From assembly GCF_009914755.1 (NCBI RefSeq), contig NC_060934.1: a stretch of 64,000 nt of DNA, one strand, 5' to 3'. Each line of letters begins with the position of its first letter. The first letter of the stretch is position 1. Positions 15,759-31,345 of this stretch are shown here, piece after piece. The translations under genes were made by a program, and so were the position numbers. This DNA is from the human T2T-CHM13v2.0 reference genome, Homo sapiens. The notes below the pieces were generated by a model that was not told the DNA's origin, ran no database searches, and saw nothing but the letters and a program-made list of their open reading frames with translations.

Positions 15759-18389
15759 GAAACTGCTGAGGCCAGTAGGAGAATGGCTCTGTCATGGCAC
15801 CCTGGTGGCCCTCCACACATCCACACAGGCAAAGGCTTCGATTTCAATTAACCTAAGATCAACAACAGCCATCATTTTTCTGGTACCTTATGCTGGGTTT
15901 GGTTGAGGCTTTACTCATTTAATCCTCACAATAACCCTATGAGGTAGGTATTTGCTTCAGAGGTTAAGTAACATGCACAGAAAGGTTAAATAAGTTGCTT
16001 AAGATCTCACAGTTCATAAAGGCAGAGCTTGGATTGAGCACCTAGGCCTAAGTGCTCAGCTGCTGATGGGAGGTAGGGGTGGGGAGAGGCATTCACAGAC
16101 AGAAGTCTGGCTCATTGTGGCCTGGGCTGGTCCTGCATGGGTCCCGAGCTCTGCCCGGTGGTGGTGGGGAGAAGTATGCTCAGTGTCCTGGCCCTAACCT
16201 GGGCCCTTTCTATCAGCTCACAGGAAGGGAGGAAGAGCCAGGGCCTGAGCCCGCTTGGCCACACAGCCCTGCTCCTTGCTAACCCGGCTGACCCTAGATC
16301 CCAAGCCGAGAAAAGAAGGAGCTGCCCTCCCCTGGCCCCATCTGCCGGCGGCCCCTGGTTGTGGCCACTGGTGGTCTCTGGTGGCTGGGCTTGCTGCCGG
16401 CAGGCAGCTCACACAGCTGCTGTGCACAGCAGCCAGACTCCCCCAGCAGCTCCCCAGGGCCAAGAGAACGTTCCAGGACAGCTTGGAGTCATTAGGCACT
16501 CTCTGCTTACTGCTCGTGGTGAAAGGCCGGCTTCAGATCCAGGGCCTCTTCTGCTGCCCGCCTTTCTCTCAATCACTGGAATAGCTGGCAAACCCCCACA
16601 GCCCTGTGGGGAAGGGGGCAGGGATGATGTTCAGCTGTCCAACATTGCTCCCATCCCTAGCTTTGTTCCACTCTGCTCCCCCATGGCTTCTGCTCCCACT
16701 GTCCAGCTTGAGCCACTGTGGCCTTTGGAAGACAATGAAAGGAAGGCTGGGCTCCAGTGTTGAGTCTGCTGTGTGGCTTTGGGCAGGTCACATAACCTCT
16801 CTGGGTGTTTGTCATTGCTTGTCAGTGGGAACTTCTGGTCCCTGCTTTCCCTCCTCCTTTGTGGAGATGAGGAAAGCATGTGTGAAAAACATTGACATGG
16901 GAAAGCAGATGCTCACAGAGGCTGGAACACATGTTATCTGAGGGTTCAGGCCTTGGTCACCTCAGAGGACACTGAAGCACACGGCTGAACGGGTGTTCAG
17001 GAGCATCCACCTTATTTTAAAAGGAGGAACCTGAGGCCCAGCCACTAACTGAGAAATCTGGGGTTGGAAGCTGGCCTTCTTTCCACTGCCCCACCTTGTC
17101 ATTTGATGAAAGTGATGAGGAGCATTTGCTTAGAGGGCATTGTGTGCTGGACAGTGTCTGCGAGCTTGCCATGGACTATGTCCACTAATTTTTATAATAC
17201 GAGGAGGGGATTAGTGGCGTCCAGGCAGGAGGCCCTTTGGCAATGGTGGGCTGTGTTTACTTAAGTAGCAGTGTTTCCTAGGCCCAGGAAACCTAAGAGA
17301 AATCTGAAAAGATGATCTTTCAGGACTTGCTGTCCAGTTGGATAAGAGACAATATAGGGATGCTTTCTGGGACCCAAGGAGCACGCCTGCCTTCTGGGCC
17401 CAGTGTGGCTGTGATGGGGCATGAAGTGGGTGCTTCTCCCACACTCTCTTCTCAGCTTGTGCTGGGAGAGGGGGTAGCACAGGGCAAGGTGGCAAAGTCT
17501 CCAGTTAGTGCCAGGCACAAAGTTTCCCAGGGGAGGAGGCATTGATACAAAGCAGGGAGAATAAACCCAGGGGCATCACCAACTCCATTTTGAATCCCAG
17601 ATCCACCATTCACTAGCTGTGCAACTCTGGACACATGACATAACATCTCTAAGCCTCAGTTTCCCTACCTGTAAAACAACCCCTTGCAAGGATTTGCAAT
17701 AACTCATGGGAAGCGTTGGACACTCAGCGAGTTGGGAGCTACAGTGGAGCCATTGAAGCAAGGACATTGAAGCGGGTGTGGTCAGCTCAGTCTGGAAAGG
17801 AAACATGAGCTATGCAGAGGATGGCTGGGAAGGAGCAGGTAGCAGGTATCAGGGCTCTTTCAGTCTCTCTCACACCCTTGTTGTGGGAGCTGGCCACTGC
17901 TCAGACTCCTCTTGGCCAGGGGCTCCTGAGGACCCAGGCCGAGCCCAGCTCAGCCAGACAAGCTCTGGCAGAGGCCCCACTTTCTCCTCCAAACAATGTT
18001 GTTCTCCCAGCCAAGGGCAGCAAGAGGTGGGCCAGGAAGCTGACAGCACCAGGGAGGCTTCCTGGCTCCCCTGCCCTGCCCAGCCCAGCCCTCCATGTTG
18101 GGGTACATCCCCCAGTCTGGTCTAGCTGCCAAAGGTCTGTAAGGCAGAAACAGAGTTACACCACCACCGCCTCTCACGTCCTCAGCCTCCAGCTGGTCAG
18201 ACTCTCGGGAGGGGCCTGGCAGCTCAGGTGGCTCTGCACCTTCTGTCCTTGAGCTAAGGGACCCCAACGAAGGCAGAACTGAGTCACTCTCCTCTTCTTC
18301 AGGCGAAGGCTGGGGGCTGAGGGCTCTGGCCTCGGGTTCCCTCGCTCATCTCAGAGGCTCTGAGACATAGAGCCCCTCTCAACATGGTC

Positions 18390-18553
18390 CTGTGAGCGTG
18401 TGCATGGAGTGTACACGTGGACATGTGTGTATGTGTGTGCATGTGAATGTATGTGTGAGGGCACACATGCATGTGTGTGAATGCGCATGTGTGTGTGTGA
18501 ATGTGCACACAAGGATGTGGATGTATGCACATGAGTGCATATGGTGCATGTGT
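18390..18553. repeat. Degenerate (TG)n/(TGCA)n repeat
   Basis: Alternating purine-pyrimidine tract seen directly. Confidence 0.85.
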
Positions 18554-21500
18554 GGGCAGGGAATCTGGAGACTGGAGCTTCCAGGGCTGCTGGTGGCTGC
18601 AGCAGGCTGAGGGTGATGAGTAAGCTCACCTCCTCTTGCTCTCCTGGCATCCACTGAGTCCCAGAGTCGGGCCATGGGTGCCGTGGCGACCCAATGCATG
18701 AGAAAGACCCCATCTCTCCCTCTTGGGGTCACGTTCTGGTGAGGGGAGACAGGAATACACAAATAAACCAACAACACGATGTCAGAGAATAATGCAGGGT
18801 GAGAAGAAAATGGAATGGGGGCTGTGGTGGGCATCCTGTCCTTTTCTTCTTCCTCCTCTTCTCTGATTTTGGGAGTGCAGCATGGAATGAAAAGTGAGGT
18901 ATGAGAGCAAGGGGGTGATGAAACACTTCGGCGTGGTGGGTGAGGGGTCCGGGAAGACCCACATGCTGACGCTTCCTGGCCTTGTCAGCTTGTCCCCCGA
19001 GACACTCCCCTGGGATGAAGGACAGGAAGCCCAGGTCTTGCCCCTGAGGTCTGGTGGCCCTCGCTCCTACCAGGCAGAGCTGCCATCCTTGGCTCGTCCG
19101 GAAGCCAAAGGCATCCCCACTCTTCCATTTCTGAGTCTGGTAGTTTGCTGCTGGGGAGAAAAATGAAGAAGAAGGAAAAAGGGGAAAATCCCATTTCAAT
19201 TCTTTGGTCAAAGCACAAGTTTCTCTCCTCCCTTTCTTCCCTTCCTCCCTCCCTCCCTTTTTTTTCTTTTATTTTCTTCCTTTCCCCCAAGAGTAGAAAG
19301 AACCAGGGAATATAAACAAAAACGCTCTTAGAACAAATCAGGCCATCTTGTTCCCAAACCCCAGGAAACTCCTAGAAGCTGGGATCTGAGCAAAGGGACA
19401 AACGGAGCTGCAAGGCCAGTGGGGGTGGGAACTGGGCTGAGTCAGGGAAGGTCTGTGGGTTCCGCAGAGCCCCCAAAACAGCTGCCTTTTGGGGTCCAGA
19501 TGTACTACCAGAAGGAAGGTCCAAGAGAGGCCAGAGGGGAGGGCTGAGGCTGCCTGGAGCTCACTGCATTCCTGCCAGGGTGAGTCACTGCCAGGACGCC
19601 CTGCTGTGCCGATTTGCAGCAACAGCCTTGGTGTCCCAGGACTCTTGGGCCCCCTCCAGATAGGTTCCTCCAACCCACAAAGAGCTCTCCTTTGCACATC
19701 GATGCCCAAAGGACTGTCATAATCACTCAGCCCATTTATGGCTTTGTTTTCTTCCAAAACGTAGCCCCCTGCAAGGAAAAAGCCCCAGCCATATCAATCA
19801 TTTACTCTTTGATATAAATGAGTCATCCAGCCCTTTTCCAATGGCAGGTTTGAATGAGAAGAAGAAACAGAGCATGAGGACGCTGCATTTCACAGAGCAA
19901 GGGACCCCAAGGAAGGCATGGACCTTTCGTGGAGGTTGGGGGTTGCATGAGGGGGAAGATCCAGAAAAGGCAGAGGAGGAGCTGGACACGGCATCCTCAG
20001 ACTCAGGGTGGGCCAACACCGCCCTGAATGAAACCAAGGCTTTGCAAGACCAACATAAACCAGAGCTCAGCAAGTTTATTTTCTCATGAAGAGCGAATTC
20101 TGTGAAAGACAGAGCTAAGTCTTATCAAGCACTGACTAGGTACCAGGTACCTCCCAAGTGCTGTTCCTGCAGTAAAGGAATTCTCACAACCCCCAGAGAG
20201 AGAATGGACACTCAGAACCAGTTGGAGCAAGAGGCAGCGCTGGGAGAGGGATCCGCACCTGCCGCTTCTGGAGAGCTTGCTTTCCCACCACACTACGCAG
20301 CCTCTGGAACCAGGTTGTTTGCAGCACAGGTGGGCTGATTCCAGGGTCTTATGACCCTGCAAGGCTGGAGGTTGTAAGGCTTAGAGATGGGAAATGACCT
20401 GACCAAGATCACACAGCAAAATACCACATGGGCACCCCACAGCCTCACTGCTGCCCAGATTGGTATAGCAAGCATGCCCTTGTCTGAGTCACTAGTGACT
20501 TGCTATTGAATGAATGAATGAACCAACAAATGAAGAAATGGGAACAGAGGCTCAGGGAGGTTCCATGTCTGACCCGAGGGCATATGTTTGGGATTCTCAG
20601 GGCAAGCCTCCTCAGAACCAGCTGTCCCAGTCCTGCCCAGCCTCTATACAGCACTTGGCTTCTTCTCCTAGCAATTCTCCTATTTTGTCACATTTGAGTT
20701 CACAGCCTCCAGAGCGACGTAGGGCCTTGACTTCCTGTTCCTGATGGGCAGGAAAGGTCATGCAGCTCATTAGTGGTGGTGAGGTTGGTGCTGTGTCCCC
20801 ATCTCTAGCCAATCATACCAAACAGTGGTTGGTCTCTGTGACCCTGTCCCCACCATGCCTGGACTATGAAATCAAAGGGGTTTTCTTGACCCTAAAGGAC
20901 AGTCAAGCCTGATTCAGGAAGAAGGGCTTGGACATCCACCCGTTTCTCCACGGCATGCCTCCCCTTTCCAAGCAGCATTTTAGCGTTGTTCACCCAGACC
21001 TTCAGACTTCATGGCCAGCTCATTAAGGGATCATGGGTGCAAACAGCCTGTTGACCTCAAGGGAGAAAGTAGAGGGTTTTCCAGGAAAGGGGTGCTGGTG
21101 AGAAGATCTCCTCTCGCACTTGTGGCTCAACTTCAGTGAGTTGGATGCCCAGAGGCACTTCCTCTTCAGGGTGTTGGTGCCTCCTTGTTTCCTGAGCTAT
21201 GGCAGCTCAGAGGGGCAAAGCAAAGGTTTCCAGCCTAGAGAGAGCAATGCTGCTCCTTTGCCAGCCGTAGCCCATAGCTGCTTATTCCATCTCACCAAAG
21301 TGCAATCAACAAGCACTCACTGGGCACCTACTGCATGTCAGGCACTGTAGTGGGCCCCCCAGGTCCAAAGCTGGGTGAGGAACCAGACTGCCCAGGGTCA
21401 GTCTTAGGTTCCCAGCCAGGCTATCAGCATATCATCCTGATGGCAGGGACCACCTTCCATCTCTCCTAGCATCATGCACTGGGGCGGGACTGGCCTCATG

Positions 21501-23131
21501 GGGGAGGCCAGTATAGAAAGGATGATGGGTTAGATTGCATTTATCTCCATTGTTGAAGGGATTTCTTTCAGACATCTTGAGTTCTTCCAGCCTAAAGCCT
21601 GGAGGTTTTTTTGACTGTGGAAGTGCACAGGGAGTGGGGGGTCTTGGAAGGAGCATGGGATCTTGGAAGGAAGAGACCAGAGAAAGAGCTTTCTCACTAG
21701 AGCACAACAGAGAGGTTAGGAGGGCAGGCTGTGGAGTCAGACAGCCTTGTCTGAAACCATGGCTTCTCATCAGGCTGTGTGGCCATAAGTGAGTTACTGA
21801 GCCTTGCTGAGTCTTAGTCTCCTCATCTGTAAAATGAGGACAATAAGAATACTTCCCTCATAGAATTGCTGTGAGCCTGAACAGAGCTAATATGTGCAAG
21901 GGCTTAGTTCAGTACCTGGCACATATTGAGGGCTGGATAAATAGGAGCTATTATTTTCCCATCGGAATAGAGGAAATATTCCGGCCCCAATGCCATCACT
22001 GGATATCAGGCCTGAAGGCACCCTCCAAAGCAGTTATTCCATTATGGCCATTCTACAAAATGGAAGACTGACGCCCAGATATGGGAAGCTGCCTGCCAAA
22101 GGTCACATGAGTTGCTAATAAAATGCAACATTAGGGTCAAAATCCCAGTCTGCTGACTCCCCAGTTGGTGCCTTTTTCACTCTCTTTTGCCCAGAGTTGG
22201 TAGAGTGGACTCAAAGAACCCCTTAAATCCATATCCCAGGCCCCCCTTCTTCTCCAGCTCCCAGCACAGTGGGGAGATTGGTGGGCTGTGCCCCCTCTTC
22301 CCCTGGTAAGAGCCTCAGAAGCTGATTCCACTCTGAGCCAAGGAAGTCTGGAGTGTGCAAAGGTGTCTCTCCAGGCCCTGAAGCCAGGAGTGACATCAGC
22401 AAGGCACAAACATCAAGGAGCAGCAGCTCCCTTCCTGGAGCTCTAGTCCCCACCTCTCCCAGCCTACCTCTGGTCCATCCCCATGGCTGTCTGTGCTAGG
22501 CTTCTGGGAGATGAAAGGAAGCCAGACATTAATGGTGACAGGTGAGGCAGTCATTGTGCCTCTGGCACCTGAGCACAAGCTTCCCTCCCAAGATGAGACT
22601 GCGGAAGCTGGCCTGAAGCCTGGGCTCTGGGCTGGGGGTCCCATCACGGGGCATTTGGCACCCAAGGGAAATGTGGGTACAGACAAAACATCCCTTCTTG
22701 CACCTGGAGTCTTGTCTCTGGCCAAACCTTTTTCCTGCTCCTTCTCCCTTGCCACCACCTCATATTTGTCAAAATTCCAGCTTGATGACATGAAACTCAC
22801 ACATATGGCCAAGGAGGAAGCAGAGGGAGACATGGTTATCATCAGCCTGGTCCATAGGAAGTGGAGAGTCAGCTTACTGTCTTGAGGAGCCACTAGCCCT
22901 GAGTGCTAGTGTAGGCTCTGCACAAATCCCCCATGTGGCCTAGGACAAGTCAAAGCTCAACTCTGGGATTGTCTCTGCAGCCAAAATTCATTTAGAGGCT
23001 CCTCCAGGGCCAATACTCTAGTATTCTTTAATGACGCCTGCCAGGAAGCCTCAACTGATAACCAAATACTAAGCCCTCAACCCACGCTGTGTACCTACTA
23101 ACTGCTTTACCCTGGTCTTCTGGCAGGACAG

Positions 23132-23550
23132 GTATATCAGCTAGCTAGTGCCTCAATAATGCTGCATAACAAATGATCCCAAACTCAGTGGCTTAACACA
23201 AAAATCAGTTATTCTCAAGGAGGCTGGCTGTGGCTCAACTAATCCAGGCTGGGCTTGGCCAAGGGGCTAGGCCCTAGGCTGCTTCTTGTTGCAGGTCTCT
23301 GGGTCAGCTGGGGACGTTCTGCTCCCAGAGACACTGTGTCTCTCATCCTCCCAGGACAAGGAAGTAGCTAGGACATGCTCCTCTCATGGCAGCTATAAAA
23401 GCAGAAGAGGAAAGCAGGCACACAGGAAGCTTCCCAAGGAGCCAGTAAATTTTCACTTCTGCCCAGAGTCAAGAAGCAGAGACACAGGCTCCACCATGAC
23501 GATGCCGTGGCAAGGCCTGGCTGGCGGGGCCAGTGAAGATCGGTGCCGGT
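23132..23550 (-). mobile_element. MLT1-type MaLR LTR
   Basis: gctgcataacaaatgatcccaaactcagtggcttaa is typical of the MLT1 terminus. Confidence 0.65.
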
Positions 23551-25239
23551 CATCCAATCTACTGCATGAAAATGATTCAGCCTCTTTGATATGGAAGTCA
23601 GATTGTCCTTTCCTTTTTTATTTCTTTGTTACACTGGAAGAGATGTAATACAAATATGTCCCCTCACTTCCTCATTTGAGTCTTCCAGAGTTGAGTATTA
23701 GGCCCTCCTTATCATCAAGCAAAAGAAATGAGTTTTTCAATGTCTGGGAAGGTTGTCAGGTGATAGAAGTGAAGAGAGGGTTTAAAATAGGGAGGGATTT
23801 CCCCAGAGTCTAAGATCAGAGGTTGGGGAAAGTTTGGAACCCAATTTTGGGAAGGTTGCCCAAGAAGAGTCAAGTGAGCTGACTTGGCAGGAGGCTTCAC
23901 TGAGAAATAATGTTTGGGGGTCCAGGAGCCACATGGGCCCTGAGACACACCTGACAACCTAAAAACAGGGAATTCCCATCACTCTGGTGCAGGCCAACAA
24001 TGATTGACCCATGACTTTGCTTGAGTCCCTTATGAACTGATCATCAGTCCAGAGAGAAACAACCCCCCAGGCCACTGGGCTTTGCTGAGCTGATGGCTGA
24101 TGAAAATCCCATCACCTACCCCCAAGGTACATAGGAGGACGTCTGCCCCATCACCGGTGGGGTCTAGGATAAGCATACAAATGGGGTCCCACATGCCATA
24201 TGCTAGAAGTTTTCTCCTCACCATCTGATTCAAGCTGGGAAACATCTGTCTCCAAGGGGCCTCCCAGTCCCCCACCTACAGGGGCAGTCCAAGAAGGCTA
24301 AGGCATGGCCCTTGCCTGCTCAGAGTCCTCTACCCAGATGGGAAACCTAGCCTATGTTCAGGAAGCATCAAAAAGCCACATCAGAGGAAATGTCTCCTTA
24401 GAGTAACCAAAGACCTTCACAAGGCATAAGTGATCACCAGCATTAATGGAAGCATCAGAATGTGAGGACAGAGAATCGGCGGCGCATGGAGCTCCTTCGG
24501 GTTATTTGTTCAACACCTACCTCAGGCCAGGCTCTGTGAGAGCACCCGGAGCCAGTGTTGAATGAGATGTGGTTTCTGCTTCCGAGATACCCACCATCTT
24601 AAAAGAGAGCTCCAGGGAGGCTTCATGGGCGGGAAGGGATTTCACCTACATTTGAAAGAACAGGAAAAACTGGGGTAGACAGAGGGGGAGGTGGATGCTT
24701 TCCAGGCAGTAGAACGCAATCCCTGGAAGGAGAGAGGGACTTCCTTCCACAGGAAATTTGGCTTGCAAGAGTTCCACAGGAAAGGGTGATGGGTGGTTAA
24801 AAGGAGTGCCCTCTAATGGTGACATTTTGATAAGTATGGCAACTAGAGGAGAAGGGCCTATCAGATACCAACCATGCCACCCACATCCACAGTCACCCCC
24901 CTGTGTGGTTCTGGTCCCTGCTGATGGTCATGGCCTGGACACATGTTTCAGCAAATTCTCAGGTCCATGTCATGCTCTTTCCACATTTTTTCCTCCTAAA
25001 GCCATGGTTTCTGCTTCTGGAAATATAATCCCCCTTCTGAGAGAAGTGCTATGGAAACCTCACCACAAATACACTCCCTTCCCTGATGGTACTAATTGAA
25101 GGAAAGGGCTGGTGGAAAAATGATTTTACGGAAACACAGTTTTTATTATTTTTAAGTTAATCCACTTACTCGAGTGAACTAACCACGAGGCACTCCACAG
25201 CAATGGTTTGTAGGGGACCTGCTGGAAGAGATTGATTGC

Positions 25240-26260
25240 GGATTCATTCAGTCATTCAACATTTTACTGGGCAGCCACCAATGGCCAGAGGCTGGGGTAC
25301 AAGTTTAAGTCAGTCTCAGTGTCTGCCCTTAAGGAGCTCAGTCTGAGAGGGAGACAGACACATTCCCATGAGTATCAAGCAGAGTGGTCACTACAGCAAG
25401 AGCCCTGTGCATGGAGTATTACCAGAACACAGAAGAGGAGAACTGAACAAGGTTGGAGGGTGGGGTCACCAGGGAAGGCTTCTAGGAGGAGGAAAATGGG
25501 AGCTCATGCTTTTGGAGGAATAATAGATACTTACAGGAGAAAAGCGGGGCCGGTAGGATGGAGCCAGCTGAGAGATAACCTGTGCAAGAGTCATAACATG
25601 CAGAAAGGCCCAAAGGGGAGGAAAAGTGGGATTAACCAAGAAAACACTCCCAAATTGGAGTTGATGGGATGTAACGTGAAGACGGGTAGTGGCAAATGTT
25701 GGGTCTGGAGCGGTCAGCAGAAGCCAGACCCTGGAGGCCTGTAAGCCTTGGTAAGAGTTTGGACTTCATCATGTAAACGTGAAAGGTTCCAAGCAGGGGA
25801 GAGATATAGATAATTTTGTGTTTTAGAAAAGGTGCTGGTGCAGAAGTGGTATGAAGGATGCATGGAAGCTGGGGGATCAGCTGGGAGTAGGAGAGAAATG
25901 TCAGGAGACTGTCCTAGAGAAGTGGTTGGGGGAATGGAGAGAAGGGGATGTATTTGAGAAACACTTAGGGAGCTAAAATAGTAGGTCTTGGTGGTTTTCA
26001 GATACAAGGACAGAAGAAAGAGGGAGAATCTTAGGATGAAAGCCAGACTTACAGCATGAGTGGAAGGTGCTACCCTTGACTGAGATGAAGAATTCTGGGT
26101 GAAGGAAGTTTAGGAGGGGAAAACTAGGATCCATTTTGGATGTGGGGTTGGAGGAAGCTGCGGGTGGGACTTCCAGTGGCAATGACCAGCCAGCAGGTGA
26201 ATATCTGGACTCACCCCTATGGAGGAAGATGCAGGCTGGAGTTAAGACCTGAGGGGCATG
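25240..26260 (-). mobile_element. L2 fragment(s)
   Basis: cattca-type end, ctgcccttaaggagctcagtctgag, agggaaggcttctaggagga, taggatccattttggatgtg. Confidence 0.7.
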
Positions 26261-26778
26261 AGCTTTAGGAAGCACAGAAGGGGAGGGGCCCACCTATGCG
26301 TTCATCAAGGTGATGTAGGTTGTGAGGAACAGAACACACTCAAAAGTTGCTCAAACAATAAGATCATTTATTTATTTATTTCATTTGAATACATTTGGAA
26401 GTAGGTGCTTAATCCATTTGGAAGTAGCTTCTTCATCATCTCAATATGATATTGGGGACCCAAATCTTTACCTATTTCAGCTCTGCCACCTCAGTTCATC
26501 CGTAAGCATATGCCTTGTGATAACATAGAAGGCAGATGACATACCCAAAGGATGGGTAGCCCCAGGGGAAGAGATTAGGAAACAATTTGTTCACAGATGA
26601 AATGCCTGTCTTTGGCTGTGTTTAGTAGGATACAAGAAAGGAATAGGCTCAGAAAATAATTGGCCTGTTAAGAAGCAGAATTGAAAAGGGAATTAAATGT
26701 CCACTAGTTAGTGCTTGTGGGGTTGGAAGAGGCAACTGCTTCCTAACCCTAAGGCTGATTTAAACTTATCCTTTGTGG

Positions 26779-27995
<1,217 letters not shown>

Positions 27996-28205
27996 ATCTT
28001 AGCCTGGTGGCAAGGATCAAATTGATGATATCATTGTCATATCCATTATTGAAAATTGCGAATGGACTAAGAGATGAATCTTTTTTATTAGACATGCTGA
28101 CTCAGGCAAAGAGACTGGAGGAAATGTGCTCACACCTAAGTCTGATAGGTTTAAGTTACTTACAATAAAGTATGCCAAAACTTACTGGCTTAAAGAAAGT
28201 AGAGT

Positions 28206-28520
<315 letters not shown>

Positions 28521-28940
28521 TCAGAAAATTTTAAATGTATGTTTAAAATTAAAACTATGGATGAGGCTACTGGTATATGGAATTTTCCAGAATCAAATAG
28601 ATAAGAAGACTGTTACATTTTAAAATTAGTTATATTGCACCTTTCCCCTCCCCGCAAAAATCAGGCGCTTAGACTTAAACCGTTGTTCAAGGTTTAACTC
28701 TTGGGCTTGCAAAATTCTACAGTTTGAGAAAACTACTCAGCCCCCAAGAAGGGCATATTTTCCATGCTTACCTTATCCCAGGAGGATAATGGGGGGAAAA
28801 TGTACTTTCCAGAATGGCAAATTGTGTAGCTCCAAAAATCACGCCTGCATGATGACACTTAAAAGCTGGAAGGCAGAAGGAGAGTCTTTCACTCATCTCC
28901 CTCTTTTTATCAGAGAGAAACCTTTCTCAAAACACCCAGG

Positions 28941-29952
28941 AGTGCTGCTGGGCCTGCAGGTCTCTGTCGAGCCTCTGTCCCACAGGATAGAGTTTGTTAA
29001 AGTTGTTAAGAATAAGTCCTACTTTAAGAGGTACCAAGTGAAATTTAGAAGAAGATGATAGGGTAAAACTGATTATTATGCTCAGAAACACTGGTGATAC
29101 AGGATAAAAATAAACATGACACAGCCAAATACAGGATGATAGTTTGTGTAACAAATAGAGATATCATTTGTCAGATTGCTTACTCCCATCTAGAAGGGGA
29201 TATGATAGTCTGCACAGCATATGCACATGAACTGCCAAAATATGGCATGAAGTTTGGCCTGACAAATGATGCTGCAATGTATTGTACTGTCCTGCTGCTG
29301 GCCCACAGGCTTCTCAATAAGTTTGGCATGGAAAAGATCTGTGAACACCAAGTGGCGGTGACTGGAGATGAATACAATGTGGAAGGCATTGATGGTCAGC
29401 CAGGTGCCTTTACCTGCTATTTGGATGCAGGCCTTGCTAGAACCGCAATAAAGTTTTGGGGGCACTGAAGGGAGGTGTGGATGGAGGCTTGTCTACCCCT
29501 CACAGTACCAAATGCCTCCCTAGTTATGATTCTGAAAGCAAGGAATTTAATGCAGAAGTACACCAGAAGCATATCATGGGCCAGAATGTTGCAGATTACT
29601 CTTGCTACTTAATGGAGGAAGATGAAGATGCTCAAAAGGAATAGTTCTGTCAATACATAAAGAACGGCGTAACCCCAGACATGATGGAAGAGATGTATAA
29701 GAAAGCTCATGCTGCTATATAAGAGAATCCAGCCTGGGAGAAGAAGCCCAAGAAAGAAGTTAAAAAGAAGAGGTGGTACTGCCCCAAAATGTCCCTTGTT
29801 CAGAATAAAGATCAGGTAGCTCAAAAGAAGGCAAGCTTTTTCAGAGCTCAAGAGCAGGCTGCTGAGAGCTAACCCAATTTTGTATGAGAAATTTTCAGAT
29901 AAAGACTGTAAACTTATTGACAGCAACAACAACAACAACAAAAACACAAAAA
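28941..29952 (+). pseudogene. Processed pseudogene of ribosomal protein L5 (uL18); probably RPL5P26
   Basis: Intronless RPL5 homology (FVKVVKNKSYFKRYQVKFRRR; [18 protein letters not shown]; [17 protein letters not shown]; LSTPHSTK) including 5'UTR and 3'UTR. Start ATG is mutated to ATA (28987). Premature stops TGA/TAG at 29056-29061 and TAG at 29642; frameshifts near 29090 and 29445; native TAA at 29870-29872; A-rich tail at ~29924-29952. The pseudogene number is from memory only. Confidence 0.95.
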
Positions 29953-30059
29953 TCAATAACACCTGGCAGGCTACTCCTCAGGTCCCATTGGCGGAAATTA
30001 GATCGTATGACAGTATTTCACCAACATTCATGGAACTTCACGTATAGAAAAGGCAGTCT

Positions 30060-30610
30060 TACTAGTTCCTAGTAACAAGTTGCCCCAAAACGTTAGTAGT
30101 TTAAAGCAATAAGCATTTATTTTGTCACCATTTCTGAGGTTTAGGAATCTGGGCACAGCTTAGCTGGATGGTTCTGACTCAAGCTCTCTTGTGAGGCTGC
30201 AGTCAAGCTGATGGGCAGCGCTGCAGTCATCTCAACTGGGGGAGGCTCCACTTCCAAGAGGGCTCACTCATATGGCTGCTAGTTGGAGTCCTTCATTCGT
30301 CACTGGCTATTGGCTGGAAGACTCAGTTCCGTGCCAAGTGGGCCTCTCGAGACACTTGAAAGCCTGAGTGTCCTCAATGTACGGCAGCTGGCTTCTCCCA
30401 GAGTAAGTGATCCATGAGACAGAATGAGAGAAAGACCAAATGGAAACCACACTGTCTTTTATAAGCTAATCTTGGACATGACATACCATTACTTCAGTCA
30501 GATTCTATTGGTCACATTGTCCAACTGGTACAATGGGGGAGGTGGCTATGCAAGGTGAACTCCAGAAGGTGGGCGTCTTTGGTGACCATCTTGGAAACTG
30601 GCTACCACAG
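30060..30610 (-). mobile_element. MLT1-type LTR
   Basis: aggaatctgggcacagcttagctggatggttctg...ccatcttggaaactggctaccaca. Confidence 0.75.
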
Positions 30611-30889
30611 AGCCCTTGAAGGAGACAGGGAAGACAGCAAGAGACCTCAGGTGAGCCTAAAGAGCCTGTTATCAAAGACCACAGAGAGGAGAGTTCCAGA
30701 AGAGAAGCATTCAATACTTTTTAAAATTAAAAGTGAGAACCAGAAGCTAAGCATTGAGAAATACTCATTGGATTTGTCAATCAGGGTCATTACATTCAGA
30801 GCAGTTATGAGCAACTCCAGTTGACCAGTTTGCTGTGGACTGAGGTTTGAGTAAATGCTGGGCAAGTGGAGAACTGCAGGTGTAGACTA

Positions 30890-31345
30890 CAGGCAACCCT
30901 TGAAGAACATGGGTTTGAACTGCGTGGGTCCACTTATAAGCAGATTTTCTTCCACCTCTGCCACCCCTCAGACAGCAAGACCCATGCTTTTCCTTCCTCC
31001 TCCTCCTCCTCTTCCTCCTCCTCAGCCTACTCAAAGTGAAGACAATGAGGATGAAGACCTTTATGATGATCCTCTTCCACTTAATGAATAATAAATATGT
31101 TTTCTCATCTTTATGATTTTCTTAACATTTTCTTCTCTCTAGCTTACTTTATTATAAAGATACAGTATATAATAAATATAACATACAAAAATATGTGTTC
31201 ATCAACCATTTATGTTTTAGATGGAGCTTCTAGGCAACAGTAACCTATTAGTAGTTAAATTTAGGGGGAGTCAAACTTATATGCATATTTTTTACTGCAC
31301 AGTAGGTAAGCACTCCTAAGCACCACATAGTTCAAGGGTCAACCA
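30890..31345 (+). mobile_element. Tigger2a (TcMar-Tigger), inserted into an L2
   Basis: Diverged TIRs CAGGCAACCCTTGAA...TTCAAGGGTCAACCA with TA on both sides (30888-30889, 31346-31347); internal gaggatgaagacctttatgatgat. Confidence 0.88.

Noticed and set aside
29094-29644. RPL5-like ORFs as a functional retrogene
   Set aside because: The start codon is lost, there are several stops and frameshifts, and the ORF-track starts are GTG/TTG.
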